DNA from: Myxococcota bacterium
Lineage (GTDB): Bacteria > Myxococcota_A > UBA9160 > UBA4427
Reading direction: 5' to 3'
Assembly: GCA_029243605.1 (NCBI GenBank)
Contig: JAQWRT010000010.1
Location: forward strand, 64,175-128,174
Length of the DNA stretch: 64,000 nucleotides
The notes beneath the pieces were generated by a model, which saw only the letters and a program-made list of their open reading frames with translations, had not been told where the DNA came from and searched no databases. A program made the position numbers and the translations under genes. Below are positions 57,348 through 64,000 of this stretch, one piece after another. How positions within the stretch are numbered: position 1 is the first letter of the stretch; every line of letters begins with the position of its first letter.

Positions 57348-60004
57348 AAGAGTCCCTGGAGAAGAGACTCGCCCAGGGCGTCGCGGCATGGGTCGCGGGT
57401 GTCCAGCGGCGCTCGGGTTGGGTGATTGGCCTCTGTGCTGGGCTCACGGTCTTCGCCGGCCTTTACGCCGTAAGCGAACTCGGCGTCAATTCCGACAACG
57501 TTCAGATGGTCGCCGAAGACCTGCCCTCTCGGCGCAATCACGAAGCCTTTGCCCGGCTCTTTCCCAACCTCGAAAACGCCCTGCTCGTGGTCATCGACGC
57601 TCAGACCCCGGAACTCGCGCGCGAAGCCGCTCAAACCCTCGAGACCCGGCTGCTCTCGGATTCGGAATTCGTCGAGAAGGCCTATGTGCCCGGGGGTGGC
57701 GAATTTTTCGAAACCCACGGGCTCCTCTATCGAGACGTCGACGAACTCGACACCTTTGGCGATCAGATGGCGCGCATGCAGCCGATCCTCGCCGCCCTCG
57801 AGCAGGACCCCACCCTCGCCAACCTCGCGTCGCTCATCGAAGTCGGCCTCGAGGAGACGAACCAGACCGGCGCGGCGGCTCAAGTGGGCCCCGAGGGTTG
57901 GGCTGAAATCCTCGAGTCCGTGGGCAACGCGACGGTGGCGGTCTACAGCGAGTTCCCCTTGGCTCTGTCCTGGGAGCAACTCCTCCTCCAGGGCTCCGAG
58001 GTCGAGGTCGCCCGGCGCCGGGTGCTGGTGGTTCACCCCGTCCTCGACTTCGAGAGTTTTCTGACCGCGGGCACGGTTATGGAACGCATTCGGGAGCACG
58101 CCCGAGAACTCGGCTTTACCCCGGCTCGGGGCGTGGAGATTCGGATTACGGGCAACCCGGCGCTGAACTACGAGGAGGTACTGGGCCTGGCCTGGGATCT
58201 CGGCCTGGGCGGAGTGGTCTGCTTCTTCTTCGTCGCGGGGGTTCTGACTCGAGCGCTCCGCTCTCTCAAACTCGTCGCCGCTGCCCTCGCCACCCTGCTC
58301 GTCGGCTTGGTCTGGTCTGCTGCGACCGCAGCCGCGGTGGTGGGGCATCTGAATCTCGTCTCCGCCGCTTTCGGGGTGCTCTTCATCGGACTCGGAGTCG
58401 ACTTCTCCATCCATCTCGGCATGGCGTACGCCGGCCGGGTCCGCGAGGGACTCGGACACGACCGGGCGCTCTTTGAAGCGGGGGGCAGCGTGGGCGGTTC
58501 GCTTCTCATCTGTACCCTGACCACCGCTATCGGCTTTTTCGTTTTCGCTCCCACCGATTATCTCGGGGTCGCGGAACTCGGACTGATCGCCGGCTACGGC
58601 ATGTTCATCATTCTCTTCCTGACCCTCACGCTCTTCCCCGCCCTTCTGAGCCGCTGGCTCAGAATCGAGAGTCCCGATGAAGTCGCCGGAGAACTCCATT
58701 TTCGCTCCACCTGGTGGCGATTTTCCGAAACCCATCCGGGGCTGGTTCTCGCCAGTGCGCTCGTGCTCTTCGCAGCCAGCCTCGCTCTCCTTCCCCGGGC
58801 ACGCTTCGATCTGAATGTCATCGAGATGCGCGACGCCACCACGGAGTCGGTGCAAACATTCAACGATCTGCTCGCACAATCGGGCACCATGTCGCCCTGG
58901 TTCGTCAACTCGGTGGCTCCGGACCTTGAGAGTGCCCAGGTCCTCGCTCGCGAAATGAAAAAACTCGAGAGCGTCGCATCGACCCTCACCCTGAGCGATT
59001 ACGTACCCGAGGATCAGGACGAAAAGATCGAGATCCTCACGGATCTTGGCTACCTGATGGACACTCCCCCTCTGGCCCCGGGAGATCGGCCGGACAGCGA
59101 CCTCGCGAGTCAAATCGCCGCTCTCGAAAACCTCTACGCCTATCTCGGAGCCGATTGGGTCGATGGCGATTCACCCTCGGAATTGATCGCCAGCGTTCGC
59201 GTGCTGCGGGAAAAGCTCGCGATCTTCCTCGCCCGGGTCCAGACCGACGAGGATCCGGGCGCTGCCCTCGACAAACTCGATCAACTCCTGCTTTCGGGAC
59301 TCCCCGATCAGGTCGCCCGTTTGAAGACCGCCATTGGAACGGGAACCGTGGTGCGCGCGGACCTGCCCGATGATCTCGTTGCGCGCATGATCGCCGCGGA
59401 CGGTCAGGTCCGGATACAAACCTTTCCCAAGCACGATTTGGGGAACGAAGCCGCCTTTATCCGTTTTACCGAGGACGTTCAGTCCGTCGATCCCCTGGCC
59501 GCGGGCGTCGCCATCAATCTCGTAGGCTTCGGCCAAGCCACTCGCTCTTCCTTCCAAGAGGCACTCGCCTCCGCCATCACGATCATCACCCTGCTCCTGC
59601 TCGCTCTCTGGCGGCGCATTGGCCCGGTCCTGCTCGTGCTCTCCCCCCTGGCGTTGAGTTCTCTGATGACCGTCGCCGCCATGGTGCTCTTCGATATCCC
59701 GTTCAATTTCGGAAATATCATCGTGATCCCCCTGCTCCTCGGGATCGGCGTCGACAGCGGGATCCACTTGGTCCAGCGCGCCCAACAAACCGGCGGCAAC
59801 GCCGGGGACCTGATGGACAGCACCACCGCTCGGGCGGTCTTCTACAGCGCGCTCACCACCACAGTCAGCTTCGGCACCCTGGCCTTCTCCAGCCATCGCG
59901 GCATGGCCAGCCTCGGCGTGGTGCTCTCCATCGGCATGGTCGCCACGGTGATCGGCAACCTGATCGTGCTTCCGGCGCTGCTGACTCGCTTCGGCCGAAG
60001 CTAG
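57344..60004 (+). CDS. MMPL/RND-superfamily exporter, HpnN-like
   Basis: 886 aa with two 6-TM bundles, each preceded by a large periplasmic domain. The N-terminus (RRSGWVIGLCAGLTVFAGLYAVSELGVNSDNVQMVAEDLPSRRNHEAF...) resembles hopanoid-associated HpnN-type RNDs. The TTG start overlaps the upstream stop (TTGA). Confidence 0.75.
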   Translation: MKESLEKRLAQGVAAWVAGVQRRSGWVIGLCAGLTVFAGLYAVSELGVNSDNVQMVAEDLPSRRNHEAFARLFPNLENALLVVIDAQTPELAREAAQTLETRLLSDSEFVEKAYVPGGGEFFETHGLLYRDVDELDTFGDQMARMQPILAALEQDPTLANLASLIEVGLEETNQTGAAAQVGPEGWAEILESVGNATVAVYSEFPLALSWEQLLLQGSEVEVARRRVLVVHPVLDFESFLTAGTVMERIREHARELGFTPARGVEIRITGNPALNYEEVLGLAWDLGLGGVVCFFFVAGVLTRALRSLKLVAAALATLLVGLVWSAATAAAVVGHLNLVSAAFGVLFIGLGVDFSIHLGMAYAGRVREGLGHDRALFEAGGSVGGSLLICTLTTAIGFFVFAPTDYLGVAELGLIAGYGMFIILFLTLTLFPALLSRWLRIESPDEVAGELHFRSTWWRFSETHPGLVLASALVLFAASLALLPRARFDLNVIEMRDATTESVQTFNDLLAQSGTMSPWFVNSVAPDLESAQVLAREMKKLESVASTLTLSDYVPEDQDEKIEILTDLGYLMDTPPLAPGDRPDSDLASQIAALENLYAYLGADWVDGDSPSELIASVRVLREKLAIFLARVQTDEDPGAALDKLDQLLLSGLPDQVARLKTAIGTGTVVRADLPDDLVARMIAADGQVRIQTFPKHDLGNEAAFIRFTEDVQSVDPLAAGVAINLVGFGQATRSSFQEALASAITIITLLLLALWRRIGPVLLVLSPLALSSLMTVAAMVLFDIPFNFGNIIVIPLLLGIGVDSGIHLVQRAQQTGGNAGDLMDSTTARAVFYSALTTTVSFGTLAFSSHRGMASLGVVLSIGMVATVIGNLIVLPALLTRFGRS

Positions 60005-60032
60005 GCTTCGGAGACCGGAGCGGCCGGATACT

Positions 60033-61582
60033 TCAGAATTCGATGCGGTCGTCCATCAAGCGGCGCAAGCGGTCCTCCTCCCGGCGCAGACGGACCGAGC
60101 GGCCCCCGGTGACGTAGACGAGCCCCTTCTTGGCACCTCGGGGCTTCGAGACCTGTTTGATCGGGACGACGTGCACCTCGGCGTGGCCGGCATTCTTCTG
60201 CTTCGAAAAATGCACGGCCAACTCGCAAGCGTCGAGAACGGATTCCGGCGGCGGATCCTCCCGGCCTTCGGTGCGCAGAACGACGTGGCTGCCCGGCGCC
60301 CCGGCCAGGTGAAAGAAAAGATCCTTGCCCCGGGCAGGCGCGTCGTGAGATGATCGTTGCCCGCGTCGCTTCGGCCCACCCAGATCTCGAGGCCGTCCCG
60401 GCTCCGGTAACGCCGGGGGACGAGAGCCCGGTCGAGGCCTCGCAGCCGGGCCGGGAGCGTCGACTCCGGGGGCGGGGCGGCGCCGGGTGAGGCCTGGGCG
60501 GCTCGGCGGCGACCGAGCATTCGGGCGATCTCGGGATCCGCGGCAATCGCCTCGAGGCCGGCGGCGCGCTCGGCTTCCTCCTCGCCTTCCTCCCGGCCCC
60601 CCGCTTCGCCCTGCACCTCTTCGAGCCGCGCTTGCAGAGCGGTGAGCTTGTCTCGCCAGAGACGGGCTTCCTCGACCTGACCCCCGGCCTTGGTGAGCCG
60701 ACGCAGCAATTTCTGATAGCGCTTGAAGGTCGCCTCGAGGTTCTCCCGAGGGCCCAGGGTCGGGTCGAGGGCAATGGTGACCTCCTCGTCGGTGGCGTAA
60801 TCGCGCACACGAACCTCGCTCGCCCCTTTCCGGATCGAGCCGAGGGAGCCCTTGAGAAGTTCGCCGTGGCGCTGAAGTTCGCTGGCCTGATCGGCCTCGG
60901 CGAGTTCGGACTCGATCTTGCTCAGACGCCGCTCGGCGTTCTTGGTCTCGCGCTTCAAAACTTGTCGGATCTCCCGGGCGAGATCCACCGACTCGCGCTC
61001 GCCCTCGTCCGACGCGTAATGCGCTTCGGCGGCAGCGAGCCAATCGGGATCGGGCACCGAGGCAAAGCGATCCTCACCCGGGTTCGGCACGCCGCTCGAG
61101 GGCAAAGTGAACGCCGCACCGGGGACGAGTTCGGCCCGGGTCTCGGCGGGAGAGCGCAGGGCCAAGATCACCTGGCCGGGAGCGTCGACGAGATAGAGAT
61201 TGCTCCGCTTGCCGAGCAGGGAGAGCACCAACTCGACGCGCCCCTCGGCGGCCTCGAAGGCCAGTCCAAGAACGCGGTCGTCGCCCAGCATCCGGGCACC
61301 TTTGAACCGGGCACTCGGGAGGTGCGCACGAATCCAGCTGACGAAGGCCGGGGGGTTCGCCGGGGCCTTCGGGAGGCCCTCGACTTGGGAGACCCGACCC
61401 GACGCCGGGTGAACACAAAGCATGAGAAAACGCTTGCGCGCCTTTTCCTCACCCGGGGCCCGGCCGTAGAGGGTGAGCACGACCCGATCCCGAGAGGGCT
61501 GAACGCAGCGCTCGAGACGGTGGCCCGCAAAGCGCTCATCGATGATCCTGGCCGCCCGGCGCAATTCGTTGAGGTTCAGCAC
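60033..61582 (-). pseudogene. rqcH: NFACT-family protein (RqcH/FbpA-like ribosome-quality-control factor) interrupted by a single -1 frameshift
   Basis: The N-terminal NFACT-N, coiled coil and ...DGLEIWVGRSDAGNDHLTTRL lie in track ORF 60056..61582(-). The expected continuation ARGKDLFFHLAGAPGSHVVLRTEG... (NFACT-R/DUF814) lies in the -1 frame, in track ORF 60033..61043(-). The frames switch at the C/G run cttgccccgggcag (60324-60337). One missing base would restore CTG-GCC-CGG-GGC-AAG. Confidence 0.75.
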
Positions 61583-61603
61583 CTGAGTCCTCTCCCTGGC
61601 TCG

Positions 61604-62479
61604 CTAGCTCTGGCAGACCGGACAATAATGGGCACTGCGCTGGGCGACCACGCGGCGGGCGATAGTCGCGCCGCATTCCAGGCAGGGCTCGCCCTTCCGG
61701 GCGTAGACCCGCCGCTCATCCTGATAGCCGCCGTCGCTGCCGTCCGGGTTCACGTAATCGCTGATGCTCGAGCCGCCGGTCTCGATGGAGCGCTCGAGCA
61801 CCCTCACGATCTCACGCGCGAGAACCTCGGCCTCCTTCCGGGTCAAGCGCGCCGCCCGGCGACCGGGCCGCACCCCGGCGAGAAAGAGCGCCTCGTCGGC
61901 ATAGATATTCCCCACCCCGGCGAGCACCGATTGATCGAGAAGCAGCGCCTTGATGGGCGTCTTGCGTTTGCGGCTCGCGGCAAAGAGCCGGGGACCATCG
62001 ATTTCCAAGGCGTCCCCGCCCAGGCGATCCAACCGGGGGTGGCCCTCCCCGGGCCCGAGCCAGAGCAATTTCCCAAATTTTCGGACATCGCGAAAATAGA
62101 CGTCCGGCCCCTTCCCCTCGACCTCGAGGACCAGATGCGTGTGGGCATCGGGCTCGAATCCCGCCTGCTCTTCAGGAGCCAGGGAAGCCCGGGCGGTGGC
62201 CGAGAGAAGCCGGGGGCTGCGGGCCTCGCTGGAGAAGAGCTGCCCGGTCATGCCCAGGTGAATCATCAGGGTGGCCCCGTCATCCAGGCGTACCAGCAGG
62301 TATTTCCCCAGCCGGTCGACCCCCTCCACCCGGCGGCCCGGCAGGAGCCGGCCCAGGCGGCCAGGAGGGGTCACGAAAACGTAGCTCGGCGGAGTGGTGG
62401 CGACGGCCGCGATGCGGCGGCCCACCAGGAGCGGCGCGATGCGGCGGCGAGTGACTTCGACTTCGGGCAATTCAGGCAT
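61604..62479 (-). CDS. mutM: formamidopyrimidine-DNA glycosylase
   Basis: 291 aa with the MPELPEVE N-terminus, H2TH region and C-terminal zinf finger-type motif CLECG...YCPVCQ (zinc finger). Confidence 0.95.
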   Translation of the reverse strand: MPELPEVEVTRRRIAPLLVGRRIAAVATTPPSYVFVTPPGRLGRLLPGRRVEGVDRLGKYLLVRLDDGATLMIHLGMTGQLFSSEARSPRLLSATARASLAPEEQAGFEPDAHTHLVLEVEGKGPDVYFRDVRKFGKLLWLGPGEGHPRLDRLGGDALEIDGPRLFAASRKRKTPIKALLLDQSVLAGVGNIYADEALFLAGVRPGRRAARLTRKEAEVLAREIVRVLERSIETGGSSISDYVNPDGSDGGYQDERRVYARKGEPCLECGATIARRVVAQRSAHYCPVCQS

Positions 62480-62559
62480 GGACGAAAGCCAGTCTAGCCC
62501 GCATCCTTGGACAACCCCCCGCCCAAACCGGCAAACCCCCGGGCCCGGACGAGAACGCC

Positions 62560-63195
62560 ATGGACGAAGAACCCAGCGAGGCCCAGGGACCTGGGAGAAG
62601 GCGGCCTAAGCGACGAAAGCCCCCGCCTCGCATTTCAACCGATGATTTCGAGCGCGCCGCCCTTCGCCACCTTGAGCGCTATCCCAGCTCTTCGGCGGGC
62701 CTGCGCAGGGTTTTGGAGCGGCGCGCCGAGCGCAGCCGCACCCACCACGGCGAAGAGGAGGATCGGGAGGCGACCGCGGCCGGGATCGAGGCCGCCCTTG
62801 CCCGGATGGCGGAGCTCGGGTTTCTCGACGACCGCCGCTATGGCCAGGCCCTGGCTCGGCGGATTCGCGACCGGGGGGGCTCCTTGCGAAAGGTCGCCGC
62901 GGCGCTCCACGAAAAGGGTATCCCGGGCGCCCTGCGCGCCCAGCTTCTCGAGGAGGTCGGGGATGCCGAGGCCGAGTTCGAAGCCGCTCTCACCTACGCC
63001 CGGCGTAGGCGCCTGGGCGTCCACGGACGGGGCCACGCCCTCGATCCCCGGGAGCCGGAAGGCCCCGGGGATTTCGAGCACGAAGACTCGGAAAGAGCCG
63101 AGAGGCGGAGACTAAAACGAAAGAAGGAACTCGGCGCCCTGGCCCGGGCCGGCTTCAGCTTTGAGGTCGCAGCTCGGGCGCTGGATACCCCCTAG
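62560..63195 (+). CDS. recX: recombination regulator RecX
   Basis: 211 aa with RecX-type three-helix repeats (ALRHLERYPSSSAGLRRVLERR...; LGFLDDRRYGQALARRIRDRGGSLRKVAAALHEKGI...). Confidence 0.8.
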   Translation: MDEEPSEAQGPGRRRPKRRKPPPRISTDDFERAALRHLERYPSSSAGLRRVLERRAERSRTHHGEEEDREATAAGIEAALARMAELGFLDDRRYGQALARRIRDRGGSLRKVAAALHEKGIPGALRAQLLEEVGDAEAEFEAALTYARRRRLGVHGRGHALDPREPEGPGDFEHEDSERAERRRLKRKKELGALARAGFSFEVAARALDTP

Positions 63196-63288
63196 ACCTC
63201 GAACCCGGGGCACGGGGATGCTTGGCCCTGTGGTAATGTCACGCTCTCGAAAGACGAACCAGCCCCCGATGAGAGTCGAGAGACCACC

Positions 63289-64000
63289 GTGACCGAACGC
63301 ACGTCCGACCAGCCCTATCCCAAAGTCGACCCCCAGCCGAATTTCTCGGAGCTCGAGAACCGCGTCCTCGCGGGCTGGCGTGAGAACGACACCTTCCGGC
63401 GCTCAGTGGAGAGCCGGGAGACCGGCGAGCGGGGCGATAACGAGTATGTCTTCTACGATGGGCCGCCCTTCGCCAACGGCCTGCCCCATTACGGTCATCT
63501 GATCACCAGCTATATCAAGGACATCATCCCCCGCTACCAGACCCTGCGCGGACACCGGGTGGAGCGGCGTTTCGGCTGGGATTGCCACGGCTTGCCCGCC
63601 GAGATGGAGGCGGAAAAAGAGCTCGGAGTCTCGGGACGCACCGCCATCATGGAATTTGGCATCGACCGCTTCAACGCTCACTGTCGCTCCTCGGTGATGA
63701 AATACACCCAGGAATGGGAGCGCTACATCGACCGGGCCGCGCGCTGGGTCGATTTCGAGGACGACTACAAGACCCTGGACCTCCCCTATATGGAGAGCCT
63801 GATCTGGGCCGTCAAACAACTCCATGACAAGGGCCTGCTCTACGAGGACTACAAGGTCATGCCCTATTCATGGGCCGCCCAGACCCCGCTCTCCCTCCAC
63901 GAAACCCGCCTCGACGATGCCTACCGGGAGCGCCAGGACCCGGCGGTGACCGTGCGCTTCCGCCTGGCTCCCGCCGACGGCGACCCCGGCCCCCTGGACC
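63289..64000 (+). CDS. ileS: isoleucyl-tRNA synthetase, 5' part (runs off the window)
   Basis: Not in the ORF track because no stop is reached. The GTG 63289 frame gives [39 protein letters not shown]...[53 protein letters not shown], a class I HIGH (HYGH) region typical of IleRS. Confidence 0.9.
   Translation, partial: MTERTSDQPYPKVDPQPNFSELENRVLAGWRENDTFRRSVESRETGERGDNEYVFYDGPPFANGLPHYGHLITSYIKDIIPRYQTLRGHRVERRFGWDCHGLPAEMEAEKELGVSGRTAIMEFGIDRFNAHCRSSVMKYTQEWERYIDRAARWVDFEDDYKTLDLPYMESLIWAVKQLHDKGLLYEDYKVMPYSWAAQTPLSLHETRLDDAYRERQDPAVTVRFRLAPADGDPGPLD

Noticed and set aside
60324-60337. Possibility that the rqcH frame change is programmed -1 ribosomal frameshifting.
   Set aside because: I could see no heptameric slippery site of X-XXY-YYZ type and no downstream pseudoknot. 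A G/C homopolymer indel (an error or a mutation) is the simpler explanation.
60001-60810. A 269-aa ORF on the minus strand overlapping the 3' part of the rqcH-like gene in a third frame.
   Set aside because: Its translation is Arg/Pro/Ser-rich with no motifs. The NFACT-R/DUF814 sequence is in the 60033..61043 frame.

Overview
This is a GC-rich, densely coding bacterial chromosomal segment with about 55 protein-coding genes on both strands. I recognised no rRNA, tRNA, CRISPR array, IS element or prophage. The gene content indicates a diderm: a GspD-type secretin, a type IV pilin, a TPR/beta-barrel outer-membrane protein, LpoB-like lipoproteins and a TRAP transporter. I cannot assign a lineage from sequence alone. 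Many track ORFs are antisense shadows or carry false 5' extensions, which is typical of high-GC DNA, so I re-set several starts by eye. Layout: 0-6 kb holds a dienelactone hydrolase, a di-iron oxygenase, an AhpD/CMD-like gene, a GtrB-like GT2 and a TPR/beta-barrel OMP. 6.5-11 kb holds an orphan pilin and a TatT-associated TRAP transporter. 11-31 kb holds mixed metabolism and envelope genes (retropepsin-like protease, CoA-transferase/hydratase/GPH symporter, M15 peptidase plus APH-like kinase, LLM oxidoreductase, DUF2889, acyl-CoA carboxyltransferase, HspQ, an LpoB-like lipoprotein pair, monomeric IDH, a serine hydrolase, PAP2, an FAD monooxygenase). 31.8-38.9 kb holds a transglutaminase-like lipoprotein, a fused membrane/spermidine-synthase-like/TPR protein, an aldo-keto reductase and an orphan secretin. 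39.1-60.0 kb is a roughly 21 kb uninterrupted envelope glycoconjugate/lipid locus. 60-64 kb holds rqcH-like (frameshifted), mutM, recX and the 5' end of ileS. Three things deserve most attention. (1) The two adjacent AhpD/CMD-like ORFs are one gene interrupted by an in-frame UGA sitting inside a C-x-x-[UGA]-x-x-x-H redox motif, with a SECIS-like hairpin downstream, making it a candidate selenoprotein. (2) The 39-60 kb locus combines three paralogous PMT/ArnT-like GT-C membrane proteins sharing a DEG[HY] loop motif. It also has two Dpm1/Ppm1-like polyprenyl-phosphate-sugar synthases, a GT4, a flippase-like UPF0104 protein and four SAM methyltransferases. An MDR dehydrogenase, a desaturase, an AP-superfamily phosphodiesterase and an HpnN-like RND exporter complete it. 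I cannot map this combination to a described pathway. (3) The orphan secretin has a SPOR-like C-terminal domain. All family calls come from motif recognition by eye; no searches were run.
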